In this document: one piece after another, positions 28,796 through 39,139 of the stretch
Layout: every line of letters starts with the position of its first letter
Numbering within the stretch: position 1 is the stretch's first letter
Assembly (NCBI GenBank): GCA_963788655.1
Contig: CAWBHS010000060.1
Location: 224,001 to 288,000 of the forward strand
DNA: 64,000 nt
Source: an uncultured Verrucomicrobiae bacterium
Lineage (GTDB): Bacteria > Verrucomicrobiota > Verrucomicrobiia > Limisphaerales > JAFGQR01
Reading direction: 5' to 3'
Notes under the pieces: generated by a model
Databases searched by the model: none
The model's input: the letters and a program-made list of their open reading frames with translations, nothing else
What the model was told of the DNA's origin: nothing
Position numbers and translations under genes: made by a program

Positions 28796-31263
28796 ATGAC
28801 TGACCTGCTGCTGAAGCTCCTGGGCGCCAAGGTGGACGACGCCGTCCACATCGCGGGCACGTCCCTGGCCTTTCGCGGCGGAATGGCCATCGGATGGTAT
28901 GTCTTTTTGGTGCTGATCACCGTTGGCTTGGTCACATGGATGTACCGGCGCAGCCCAATCACGCTGTCACCCGTCCGCAAACACACACTCACCGTTTTGC
29001 GCGTGATGTTCATTGCGCTCATGTTGTTGCTGCTGCTCCGGCCCGTGCTGGCGTTTACGGTGGAAGGCAGCGTGCGCCGAATCCTCGGTACTGTTGCTCG
29101 ATACCAGTGCCTCCATGCAAATCGAAGATCCGCGCTTGCTCCCCGACGATCAAAAACGGGCCGCGATTGCCCAGGACTTCATCAATCCCGCCGGCGGCCT
29201 CAAGCAGAACGTCGAGGCGCGGAACCGCGCGGCCGTCGAACAGGTGTCCCGGTTGGCCCTGGTGAAGGACGTGTTCCGCAACGAACGGCTCAATTTGCTG
29301 CCGCGCCTGGACCGGGAATTTGATCTGGCGGCGTTCACGTTCGCCCAAGGCGTGGCCGAGATCTCCGCGCGCACAGTCGAGCCGGGCGAAACCAACGCCG
29401 CCGCGCCGGCCCGGAAGGAAAAAGTCACGGTGGAGAATTTTCCCTGGATCAATCAACTGGCAGCCACCAATCCCCTTACCGCCATGGGGGACGCCGTCCG
29501 CGAAGTGATGAACCGCAAACGCGGCCAACCCCTGGCCGGCGTAGTGCTGGTGACCGACGGCGCCAACAATAGCGGCAGTCAACCGCGCGAAATCGCCTTG
29601 CTGGCCCGGCAGGAAGGATTGCCGCTTTATGTTTATGGCGTGGGCATCACCTCGCCGCGCGATATCATCCTGGTCAACTTGTTTGCGCCGGATGTGACAT
29701 TCATCAAAGACGAAGTGGCCGTGACCGCGCGGGTCCGTTCGCAGGGCATGAACGGGCAGAGCGCCGAAGTGGTTTTGAAATTGGGCGGGCAGACCGTGGC
29801 CACCCAGCCAGTGACGTTCGGTGCTGACGGCGAACAAGTGATCCCGCTGAAGTTCACACCGCAGAGCACTGGCGAGTTTGATTTGGAAGCTTCGATTGCG
29901 CCGCGTCCGGACGAAACCGTCAAAGACAACAATTTCCGCACGCAACGGCTCAAGGTGATTGACGCCAAGATCAAGACGTTGCTGGTTGATCAGTCACCGC
30001 GGTGGGAGTTCCGCTATTTGCAGGCCATGTTGCTGCGCGACCGGCGGATCGATTTGAAGTGTTACCTGGCCGAGGGCGACAAAGACGTGGCCCGCCTTCC
30101 CGGTTCGCCGTATCTCGCAACCTTTCCCGCGCGCAAGGATGATTTGTTCAAATACGATTTGGTGATCTACGGCGACGTTGATCCCCGGGCGGTGGGCTTG
30201 AACCAACTTGAAAACCTCAATCGCTGGGTGGCGGATTTCGGTGGGGCTTTGGTGGTGGTGGCGGGCAAGCGTTTTATGCCAAACGCCTACAAGCGGTCGG
30301 TGCTGGAAAAGATGTTGCCCGTGGAATTCGACTCCGCGCCAGTGGGTGCGTCAACGGATGCCGTCGCCGAGAAGCCGATCCAGTTGCAGCTCACTTTCGC
30401 GGGACGCAACAATCCGATGTTGCGGTTGTCGGACAAGGACGAGGAAAACGTCGCGCTGTGGAAGCAACTCCCGCCGGTGTATTGGGTGGCCAAGGTGACG
30501 CGCGCCAAGCCCGCCGCGGAGGTGTTGCTCGTCGATCCCGATCCGGCGCGGGAGACGCGCTTTGGCAAAATGCCCGTGATCGCTTTCCAGAAATATGGTC
30601 TGGGCCAGGTGCTCTACGTGGGTACCGACAACACCTGGCGCTGGCGCCGCAATGTGGGCGACTTGTATTACACTACGCTCTGGGGCCAAATCGCCCAACG
30701 GGTGTCGCTGCAGCGGTTGCTCGGTATTTCCAAACGCACCCAGCTCACCACCGACCGGCAGAACTATATGACCGGTGATCGCGTCAGCGTTTATGCGCGG
30801 TTGTACAGCGCGGGTTACGATCCGTTGCAGGCCGCGTTCGTTAAAGGTCACTTCGGCCTCCGCAACGGCTCGGGACCGCGTCCGGACGTCACCTTGCGGC
30901 CAGTACCCGGAACAACCCGGCCTGTACCGAGGCGAATTCATTGCGCCGACGGCGGGCACTTACAGTTTCTGGGTGGAGACCGACCTCAACACGTTGCTGG
31001 ATTTCAATGTCACCGCGCCGAAGTTCGAGTTGGGAGAAACCGCCATGAACGAACCGTTGCTCCGGGAAATTTCCCGCACGACCGGCGGCGCCTTTTTCCG
31101 CGAAGAAGATTTGTACCAATTGCCCGAAACCATCAGCGCCAAAACCGAACGGGTGCGCTCCCCCCTCGAGGTGGAGCTGTGGTCGAGTCCGTTCTTCTTC
31201 TTGCTGCTGCTGGGTGTCGTGACCACGGAATGGGTGCTGCGGAAGATGTCGTATTTGAAATAA
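28796..31263 (+). CDS. Membrane-anchored VWA domain + glutamine-amidotransferase-like (DUF1355-like) protein (two apparent frameshifts)
   Basis: N-terminal TM helices, MIDAS motif DTSASM with LVTDG, PRWEFRYL, YGLGQVLYVGTDNTWRWR and C-terminal EWVLRK. Removing an extra G at about 29087 and about 30909 restores one ORF. Confidence 0.75.
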
Positions 31264-31333
31264 GATGCGGAATGGATGAGGCTGGCAGCGGATGAAACCA
31301 TCGAACCAACCAGAGAGCAAAGGCGACTCCGCC

Positions 31334-31474
31334 ATGGTGCTTCGTGAGCAATCGGCTTCGCAGCATGCGCCACTTGAGGGCGGCGCGTCAGTTCGGTATG
31401 CCGAGGTGAGTTGGGAAAGGATGATACGAGCCGTGGAAAAAGTACGTGAACGTTTGAATCATCCGGAAGACTGA
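31334..31474 (+). pseudogene. Small ORF carrying a probable truncated N-terminus of a nucleotidyltransferase-family protein
   Basis: VSWERMIRAVEKVRERL (31406-31456) matches, from my recall, the N-terminal helix of PVC nucleotidyltransferase-family proteins. The ORF stops five codons later. Confidence 0.4.
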
Positions 31475-31482
31475 ATCCGCCA

Positions 31483-33210
31483 ATGACCGAAGCCTCGCCC
31501 CAGATTAACGAAACGCACGCTGTATCGGCCAGCCCGGTCCTGAAAGCGAAGATCGAGGCGTTGCGCCGCAAACACGTTTCGGTAGCGACGTTCACCGGTG
31601 TTTCGCTGACCGTGGTTGTGGGCGTCGAACTGCTGGCGTTGGCGATGTTCGTGGATTGGTGGTTGGATCTGCCGTGGGCGGCGCGGTTGATCTCGCTGAC
31701 CGCCCAATTGTCCGTGTTCGCCTACCTGATCATTCGCTACGTAGCCGTGCCGCTCCTGCAACAACCAGACGACGATGAACTGGCATTAATGATGGAAAAG
31801 GCCCGGCCCGGCTTCCGCACGCGTTTGATTGCCTCGCTGCAACTCGCCCGGCCCGGGGCAATTCCGCCCAACGCTTCAAGCTCGATGGCGTATGCGCTGG
31901 TGCAGGATACCGAGGCCTTCGCGGCGCCGATGGATTTCCAGAAAATTGTTCCCACCGAACGACTCAAGAAATTGCGCATCCTGGCGGTCGTGATCCCCGT
32001 GGCGGCCCTCGTAGTGTTTACCGCCGGCGGTCAAACGAGCGTTGATTTGCTCCGGCGCGTGTTTATGGCCAACATTCCGGTGCCGCGCAAAACCCGCGTG
32101 TTCGTCGCGGATGGCGACAAGTTGATCGGAATTGGTGATAGCGTGCGGTTGGAAGCCACGGCGCAAGGCGTCATTCCCGCCACCGGTCTGCTCAAACTCA
32201 ACTATCGTGGCCGGCGAGATCAAGAATTCACCCTGGAACAGAATCGGGAGGATCGTTCGCGGTTTGGCCGCACGATTGACAACGTGCAGGATTCCTTTGG
32301 TTACCGCATCTATCTAAATGACGGCGCCAGCGAGACGTTCCGCGTGCGGGCGGTGCCGCGACCAACCGTGGCCACGATTCAGTGCGAACAGGAATACCCC
32401 GCATATTCGGGACTGAAGCCCGGACGGCGGTCGCTGGGCGATTTATCCCTGTTGGCGGGCAGCAAATTGAAGCTTCACGTGACCGCAACCAAGCCCTTGA
32501 AAATGGCCGCGCTGAAATTGGTGGGCCTGGACCAACACGCTTCGTTGCGCGTGGACGAAAAGCAACCCACCGAGTTGTTCGGCGAAATTACCATTCCCAC
32601 CAAAGACCTGACCGGCTTCTCCGTCGAAATGCTGGATACGGACGGTATGGAGTCGCGGGATAGCGCGGTGTATCGAGTGGAGATCATTCCCGACAAGGTT
32701 CCGTTGGTCCGCATCACTAGTCCGACGCGGAAAGAGGAACTGGCCACCCGAACCGCGAGACCGTTCATCGGCTACCAAGCCTCAGACGACTTCGCGATTG
32801 CCCAGGTCAGCTTGCGCTATAAATCCGAAGCCATTGACCACGGCGCCGAAAAAGCCGTTGAACTCGACTTGGGGGGAGAGACGCCGGCCATCTCCAAGCG
32901 CCAATTCCAATGGAACCTGGGCGAATTGCAGATCGCGGAAGGCACCATGATCGAGTATTGGATTGCGGCCCAGGACAACAACGACGCCACCGGTCCCGGC
33001 ATAGGCCGTTCGGACCACCAGTTCCTCCGAATCGTTAGTCCCGATGAAAAGCTGGCCGACATCTGGAACCGCGCCGGCGATTACATGGGCAGCATCGACG
33101 ATCTGGCGCAAGACGAAGAAAAACTGAACAATCATTTGGGTACCATCATCTTGGAACGAACCGGAGCCGGATCACTACGCACGGGGTCAGACCGGACTAT
33201 TGACAAGTAA
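31483..33210 (+). CDS. DUF4175-like membrane protein (TM helices + periplasmic beta-sandwich domains)
   Basis: Three TM segments, RTRLIASLQL, YPAYSGL, PDKVPLVRI and ASDDFAI...EYWIAAQDNND. It follows the VWA gene, as is common in PVC clusters. Confidence 0.65.
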   Translation: MTEASPQINETHAVSASPVLKAKIEALRRKHVSVATFTGVSLTVVVGVELLALAMFVDWWLDLPWAARLISLTAQLSVFAYLIIRYVAVPLLQQPDDDELALMMEKARPGFRTRLIASLQLARPGAIPPNASSSMAYALVQDTEAFAAPMDFQKIVPTERLKKLRILAVVIPVAALVVFTAGGQTSVDLLRRVFMANIPVPRKTRVFVADGDKLIGIGDSVRLEATAQGVIPATGLLKLNYRGRRDQEFTLEQNREDRSRFGRTIDNVQDSFGYRIYLNDGASETFRVRAVPRPTVATIQCEQEYPAYSGLKPGRRSLGDLSLLAGSKLKLHVTATKPLKMAALKLVGLDQHASLRVDEKQPTELFGEITIPTKDLTGFSVEMLDTDGMESRDSAVYRVEIIPDKVPLVRITSPTRKEELATRTARPFIGYQASDDFAIAQVSLRYKSEAIDHGAEKAVELDLGGETPAISKRQFQWNLGELQIAEGTMIEYWIAAQDNNDATGPGIGRSDHQFLRIVSPDEKLADIWNRAGDYMGSIDDLAQDEEKLNNHLGTIILERTGAGSLRTGSDRTIDK

Positions 33211-33348
33211 TTCACGCATTCGAGTTATGCCGAGTAAAAACGACTGGCAATAGTGCGGTCTGATTCCGTGGGAATGAGAGATTGTGATTCGGGCCAAATA
33301 GGATCAGTGTAGAGCCGGTCACAGACCGCAAATCAATCAATACCAATC

Positions 33349-36300
33349 ATGAAAACTCGATTCAGTTTTGGGCTGCTGACAATATTGGCATTTTCGCTCA
33401 GCAACTCCCTCGTTGCTGCGGCGGTTGCGCCGGTGCCGCAGAGCGCGGAACAACTGCTCCAACAGGAGCTCAAGCAGGAGCAAATCCGCACCACGACCAA
33501 GCGCGTGGGCGATCACTTGGACGCGGTCCTCAGCGAATTGTCCATTAACGACATCGGGGGGGAGTCGGCCCGGATGTTGCAGGCGATTCGCGGTGTGCTG
33601 GGCCGGTTGTCGGATGAAGACATGGGCCAGGTCATCCAGATGTTGCAGGAAGCCCGACAGGTAAACGACCCGCACGCCTCCACCCGTAAAGCGTCCGATG
33701 CTTATTCGAGTCAGAAAATCATCATCACCCAACTCAAGCAACTGGTGATCGAGTACCAACGACAACAGGCTCTCTACGAGATTTCGCTGCGCCTGAAAGA
33801 ACTGTCCAAGAAACAGACCGACAACATGTGGATCGGCGTCTGGCTCGCCAAAAAGACCAGAAGCCGCACGCCCAATTCCTTTGATGACGGTCAAAAGATC
33901 AACTGGAAGTACCAGCAGACCGAACAGGCCGCGATCAAAGACGAAACCGTCTTCACGCTTGCCCGCCTGGAGAAACTCGCATCCGAAATGGCCAATGGCC
34001 CCACCGGCGAGCGACCCAAAGCCGCCGTGCAACAAGCCCAGAATGGTGGCATCAAGCCAGCCCTGGACGCGGCGGTGGAAGAATTGGCAACCGGCAAGTT
34101 GCTCAGCGCCACCGGCAGCGAAAAGAAAGTCCGTGACCAACTGCGCGAGATTGCGCGGATGCTGTTGATGACCCCCGACGCAATTGACCTGTTGAAACAG
34201 GCCATCCTCGAACTCGAACGGGCCATCGACGATCAGCGAAAGGTGACGACCGAGACGGCCAAGGTCGAACAGGAAACGTCCGACGAAGTAGAAACCCGAC
34301 AAGCCTCAGTGGTCGACGCCACCGATTTAATCCGCCGGGACGTGGACAGTGTGGCGCCGGTAGCGGCGGAGTATTTGAAGAGCGCCACGGACAAGATGCA
34401 GGAAGCGCGCAGCGTGCTCAGCAGTCGCGACAATCCCAAGCGCAAGCAGGAAACCGCCCCGCCGCTGCAAACCGAAGCCGTTACCCAAATGCAACAGGCC
34501 CGCCGCGCGTTGCAGGAGCAGTTGGAAAAGGCCGAACAAATCGCCATGCAGCCGGAGAATCGCCTGGCCGCCCTTAAAGCGTTGCAGGAGCAGTTGCAGC
34601 AACTCATCAAGGAGGAAGCGAAACTCAAGACCGACACAGCCCAAACCGAGCAGAAGAACAAGCAGGATTTGCCCGCCCAGGCGCCGGCGCAAGGCGAGTT
34701 GAAGGATCGGGCGCAAGAAATTCAGTCGCAGGCAGCCAATCAGTCGGCGCCGGCGGCCGAGTCGATGGGTGAAGCCGCCAGCCAGATGCAAAAAGCCCAA
34801 AGCTCGTTGGCCGAAGGCAAGAACAACGAACCCGCCCAGCAGGCCGCTCTGGATGCGTTGCAGCGCGCTGACCAGCAACTGAGCCAGGACATCGCCAAGC
34901 TGGAACAGGCCCAAGCGGAATTGGCGCAATTGGAAAAGATTGGCGAGAAACTCGCCGGCATTATTCAGGACGAACAAAAGCTCCAATTGGACACGGCCAA
35001 GGAAGCGGTGAAACCGCAACCGAATGCCGATGCCGCCAAGGCGTTGGCCAACCGTCAAAACAAAACGGCGCAGGACACCGGCCAACTGCAACAGGAGGCG
35101 TCCACGCCGGCGCCATCGGCAGCGTCGCACATTGGCAAAGCCGGCGAGAACATGGACAACGCGAAATCGGAACTGAACAACACGTCGCCTCAGAACGCTC
35201 GGCCCAAGCAAACGGAAGCGTTGTCGGAACTCTATCTGGCCAAGAAAGACTTGGACAATCAGATGGATCAGTTGCGCGACATGCTCGGCCTGCCGCCGGC
35301 CAGCAATTCCCAGTCACTCGCCGATGCCGCCGCAATGGTTGACCAGGCGTTACGGGACGTGAATCAAGCGCAGGCAGAAATGATGCAGGCTCAACCGGGT
35401 CTGCTGGAATCGCTGGTCCAGCAGCAACAACAGATTGCCGCCGGGTTGGCGCAGCAATCTCAAGAAGCAGCCGACGCGGCGCCGTTGCAGCAGGCCCAAC
35501 AAGCTGCCAGCCAAGCGGCCCAACAATTGGCTCAAGCCAACCTGCCGGCGGCGGTTGGTTCCATGAAGAAAGCCCAGGGCGCAATGCAGCAAGCCATGGC
35601 CTCGAACAAACCGAAACCACCAGGCGAGGCCAATAGTCAATCCGGCCAAGCGCGGCCCAGCGGCGAATCCGGTCAAAGCGATCCGACCGCGCCGTCAGCC
35701 TCGAACGGGGAAGCGGTCACCCCGTCGGAGGCCAGTGATTTGGCCGGATTGTCCGAGAAGCAACAAGCCGTCCGGCAAATGGCGGAAAGCCTGCTGGTCG
35801 CCCAGCAGGCAGCCCCCGCTTCCGCCATGGAGGCGGCGGCTGGATTATTGCAGAACGCCGCCAACAACATTGGTCCGTTGGCGGCCGGCGCGATGGGGCC
35901 GCTGCCGGGTTCAGCCCAGAGTGCCGTGCAATCCGCCCAGGGCTCTGCCACCGACGGCGCCGCGCAAGCCGCCGCCAGTCGAGGCCGTCCCGCGCAAGCG
36001 AGCGCCGCGGCCGCCGCCCAGGCGTTGTCGCAGGCCCAGGCCGCACTGGCTTTGGCCCAAGCGGGATTGGGTGCCGATGCCGCCGCCCAAGCGCAGGGGC
36101 AAGGGCAAGGCCAAGGTCAGGGTCAAGGGAAAGGGCAAGCTCAAGGACAAGGCCAGGGCCAGGGTCAAGGTAAGGGACGCGGTCAAGGCCAAGGTCAGGG
36201 TCAGGGACGCGGCACCCCCTCGCCGCAGGGCACCGGTCGCCAAGGCAACTGGGCGGGAGCGGGCGGGGCCAATGGGGCGCGTCAATCCGCCGCGGGCCGT

Positions 36301-36435
36301 GGGGCGTTCACCGGTTTACCCGCGCGGGATCGGGCCGCCATTTTGCAATCGCAGGGCGAAAAATATCCGCAGGAATACGGCCCGATGGTGGAACAGTATT
36401 TGAAGAATCTTTCCGACCAGGCGGGCCAGAAATAA
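33349..36435 (+). CDS. Secreted Gln/Ala-rich long coiled-coil protein with a GQ-repeat tail (DUF4175 C-terminal-like)
   Basis: Signal peptide, about 900 aa of helical Q/A/E-rich sequence, and C-terminal LPARDRAAILQS...YPQEYGPMVEQYLKNL. Confidence 0.8.
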   Translation: MKTRFSFGLLTILAFSLSNSLVAAAVAPVPQSAEQLLQQELKQEQIRTTTKRVGDHLDAVLSELSINDIGGESARMLQAIRGVLGRLSDEDMGQVIQMLQEARQVNDPHASTRKASDAYSSQKIIITQLKQLVIEYQRQQALYEISLRLKELSKKQTDNMWIGVWLAKKTRSRTPNSFDDGQKINWKYQQTEQAAIKDETVFTLARLEKLASEMANGPTGERPKAAVQQAQNGGIKPALDAAVEELATGKLLSATGSEKKVRDQLREIARMLLMTPDAIDLLKQAILELERAIDDQRKVTTETAKVEQETSDEVETRQASVVDATDLIRRDVDSVAPVAAEYLKSATDKMQEARSVLSSRDNPKRKQETAPPLQTEAVTQMQQARRALQEQLEKAEQIAMQPENRLAALKALQEQLQQLIKEEAKLKTDTAQTEQKNKQDLPAQAPAQGELKDRAQEIQSQAANQSAPAAESMGEAASQMQKAQSSLAEGKNNEPAQQAALDALQRADQQLSQDIAKLEQAQAELAQLEKIGEKLAGIIQDEQKLQLDTAKEAVKPQPNADAAKALANRQNKTAQDTGQLQQEASTPAPSAASHIGKAGENMDNAKSELNNTSPQNARPKQTEALSELYLAKKDLDNQMDQLRDMLGLPPASNSQSLADAAAMVDQALRDVNQAQAEMMQAQPGLLESLVQQQQQIAAGLAQQSQEAADAAPLQQAQQAASQAAQQLAQANLPAAVGSMKKAQGAMQQAMASNKPKPPGEANSQSGQARPSGESGQSDPTAPSASNGEAVTPSEASDLAGLSEKQQAVRQMAESLLVAQQAAPASAMEAAAGLLQNAANNIGPLAAGAMGPLPGSAQSAVQSAQGSATDGAAQAAASRGRPAQASAAAAAQALSQAQAALALAQAGLGADAAAQAQGQGQGQGQGQGKGQAQGQGQGQGQGKGRGQGQGQGQGRGTPSPQGTGRQGNWAGAGGANGARQSAAGRGAFTGLPARDRAAILQSQGEKYPQEYGPMVEQYLKNLSDQAGQK
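36094..36213 (+). repeat. Coding hexamer-period repeat encoding a (GQ)n tract
   Basis: About 20 GGNCA(A/G)-type units translate as QGQGQGQGQGQGKGQAQGQGQGQGQGKGRGQGQGQGQGRG. Confidence 0.85.
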
Positions 36436-36464
36436 TCTCGTTCCACTGCCAAACCAACACGCTC

Positions 36465-37691
36465 ATGATGCACTCTTTTCCGCGCTTCGTACGGCAACGC
36501 GCCGAATCACTTGCCCGCGCTCCACATTGTCAACCGCTCCAATCCTGCAACCCTGCAACCCAGTATTATCATCTTGAGCCAAACGAATGTTCGAACGTAG
36601 TTGCCGAGGCGCCAACCACAGCGCCCGCGCTCCCCTATCGATCTCAACTCCGGCAGCCTCGTTGGCGCTGGGCATTCGGCTTCCTCATTTTGTTTCTCGT
36701 CCTGCCGCTGCCCGCCCAGCCGACGGTCGGACGGGACACGGTCAAGGTTGACGAGAAGACCGGTTCCATCATCCAAGGCGCATTGAAATGGCTGGCCAGC
36801 CAACAACTACCCAACGGCGCCTGGGGCAGTTCCGGCGAAGAGAAACGACATCCCATCGCCATGACGGGCTACACGCTGATGGCCTTCCAAGCGGGTGGCC
36901 AGTTGCCGGGCGAAGGCGAGTTTGGCAAGAACGTTAACGCCGGAATCAAATTCCTGCTCGATTCGTGCGGACCGGATGGTTTGTTCACGGACAGTAATAG
37001 CGGCCAATACATGTACGGGCACGGCGTTGCGGCAATTGCTTTGGCCGAAGCTTATGGCGAGACACGCATTCCCTCCATGCGGGCCAAGCTGGAAAAGATC
37101 ATCCGGGTGATCCTCACCTCCCAGAACCGCGAAGGCGGCTGGCGATATCGACCGGTGGCCAATGACGCGGACATTTCCGTGACGGTGCTCCAAGTGGTGG
37201 CCTTGCGGGCGGCCAAGAACGCGGGGCTCGACGTACCGCAAAAGACCATCGATAACGCCGTGAAATACGTGAAGAGTTGTTACCATGAGCGCAGCGGCGG
37301 TTTCGCCTATCAACCTGGACGGGAGCCGGGATTCGCCCGCACCGCCGCCGCCATTTACTCGCTTCAGGTTTGCGGGTTGTATGACGACAAAATGGTGAAG
37401 GCCGGTTCGGAGTATTTGCTCCAGAACCAGAAAACCAAACAGGAGTGGTTCACGTATGGAAATTTTTACGCCGCGCCGGCCCAGTATATGATTGGCGGCG
37501 AAATCTGGGCCAAATGGTACAAGAAAATCAAAGACATTCTGGAAGGCGCGGTAAAGCGCCAAGGGGATGTTTACTATTGGGAACCCCGGTTGGATCAGGG
37601 ACGAGGCGGCGTGGGCGAGGTGTATTGCAGCGCGGTGTACACCATGATTCTGGCGATGCCCTACCATTACATCCCGCTTTATCAGCGGTAA
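36465..37691 (+). CDS. Prenyltransferase/squalene oxidase repeat (alpha-alpha toroid) protein
   Basis: QW-like repeats WLASQQLPNGAW, SQNREGGWRY and SGGFAY, plus MYGHGVAAIALAEAYG and DISVTVLQVVALRAA. The true start may lie downstream of 36465. Confidence 0.85.
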   Translation: MMHSFPRFVRQRAESLARAPHCQPLQSCNPATQYYHLEPNECSNVVAEAPTTAPALPYRSQLRQPRWRWAFGFLILFLVLPLPAQPTVGRDTVKVDEKTGSIIQGALKWLASQQLPNGAWGSSGEEKRHPIAMTGYTLMAFQAGGQLPGEGEFGKNVNAGIKFLLDSCGPDGLFTDSNSGQYMYGHGVAAIALAEAYGETRIPSMRAKLEKIIRVILTSQNREGGWRYRPVANDADISVTVLQVVALRAAKNAGLDVPQKTIDNAVKYVKSCYHERSGGFAYQPGREPGFARTAAAIYSLQVCGLYDDKMVKAGSEYLLQNQKTKQEWFTYGNFYAAPAQYMIGGEIWAKWYKKIKDILEGAVKRQGDVYYWEPRLDQGRGGVGEVYCSAVYTMILAMPYHYIPLYQR

Positions 37692-37699
37692 CTTGACGG

Positions 37700-38932
37700 G
37701 TGCGACACCGACGGCGAAAACGATCCAAGAAGAGGGGCGGCAAAGCAATTCGCTGGACGGTGGCGCTGCTGATCATCGCGGGCTTGGCCGCAGTGAGTTG
37801 GGGCTTACGACGCGCGGGACGGGCTTCGGATTGGCAGTCCACTTTTCCGTTCGAATTCGTGACCTCGTTGGTGGCCGCACCGACCAATAAAATGATCCCT
37901 CCGAGTAAAGTGCTGCCGTCGCAAACCAAGGCAGATCTTTCGACGCCAGATCCTGTAATGTCCGCCCCCTCAGCGCAGATTTCTCCGCCAACCAATCGAC
38001 CTTCTACAAGTACGTCCAATGCTCCCCTGCCCTTGCCGCCAGTTCGGTCCGGAGCGACCAATGAAGGCACCGCACCGTTGACTTGGCGCGACATCCTGGA
38101 GGCGCAAATCAATTTGGTGCGTCATGGAATTTCCCCCGGCTCACTGGACGGGGTCATGGGATCGCAAACGCGGGCCGCCTTGCGCGCGTTTCAAGTCAAA
38201 ACAAAACTGCCGGCCAGCGGTCAGTTCGACGATGCCACCCGGGCGCGCTTGCGGACGGAGACCCCGCTCTTCACGCGCTACCAGGTGACCGCCGCCGACC
38301 TCGCCCGGCTGCAGCCGGTGGGCAAAACCTGGTTGGAGAAGTCCCAGCAAGCGCGCTTGGATTACGCCACGATTCTGGAATTGGTGGCCGAGCAAAGCCA
38401 GTCGCACCCTGATTTGATTCGCCGGCTCAATGCGGGAGCCGATTGGGAGCATCTGCTGCCGGGAACCGAACTGATTGTCCCGGACGTCCAATTCCCACCG
38501 GTCACCCAGAAGGCAGCGTATGCGGTCATTTACCTCGCCCACCGAAAGCTTCAGACCTTCGATGCCGCCGGGAATCTCCTGGCGCATTTCCCGTGCAGTA
38601 TTGCCCGCAACCTCGAAAAACGTCCGGTGGGTGAACTGCACGTGGCCGTAATCATAGCCCAGCCCAACTACACCTTTGATCCGGCGGTGTTTCCCGAGTC
38701 CGCCGAAGGACGCGAATTGGGTCGCAAGCTGGTAATCCAACCGGGCCCGAACAATCCGGTGGGCGTGGTTTGGATCGGCCTCGACAAGCCCGGTTATGGT
38801 ATCCACGGCACGCCGAGTCCGGAGCTCGTGGGCCGCACCGAATCTCATGGCTGTTTCCGTTTGGCCAACTGGAATGCCGAGTACCTGAAATCCATGGCGT
38901 GGGTGGAGATGCCGGTCTTTGTTGAACCTTGA
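37700..38932 (+). CDS. L,D-transpeptidase (YkuD family) with a peptidoglycan-binding domain
   Basis: TM anchor, Pro/Ser linker, PG-binding motif DGVMGSQTRAALRAFQ, and catalytic region PGPNNPVG...YGIHGT...SHGCFRL. Confidence 0.92.
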   Translation: MRHRRRKRSKKRGGKAIRWTVALLIIAGLAAVSWGLRRAGRASDWQSTFPFEFVTSLVAAPTNKMIPPSKVLPSQTKADLSTPDPVMSAPSAQISPPTNRPSTSTSNAPLPLPPVRSGATNEGTAPLTWRDILEAQINLVRHGISPGSLDGVMGSQTRAALRAFQVKTKLPASGQFDDATRARLRTETPLFTRYQVTAADLARLQPVGKTWLEKSQQARLDYATILELVAEQSQSHPDLIRRLNAGADWEHLLPGTELIVPDVQFPPVTQKAAYAVIYLAHRKLQTFDAAGNLLAHFPCSIARNLEKRPVGELHVAVIIAQPNYTFDPAVFPESAEGRELGRKLVIQPGPNNPVGVVWIGLDKPGYGIHGTPSPELVGRTESHGCFRLANWNAEYLKSMAWVEMPVFVEP

Positions 38933-39139
38933 TCCGCCCGCGAAGGCGTTAACCACTACGGCGAGCCATACGAGACGATGCCAGTAATTTGGACTCCGGC
39001 TTTTGGTGTTTGAACTTTGGAACCACCCCTTCAGAATTACCGGGCAATCCTGCTTTGCCTGCGATCCAGTCTTTGCAATTCCCATTGGCTAAAGTAACGT
39101 CGCGCCGGAATTCACAAGCACGCAACCTTGGCAACTCTG

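Noticed and set aside
33200..33232. Sigma-70 promoter with a perfect TTGACA before the coiled-coil gene
   Set aside because: There is no convincing -10 hexamer at 16-18 bp spacing, so it cannot be supported from sequence alone.
36465..37691. Squalene-hopene cyclase
   Set aside because: It is too short (single toroid domain), lacks a DXDD motif, and has an export-like hydrophobic segment.
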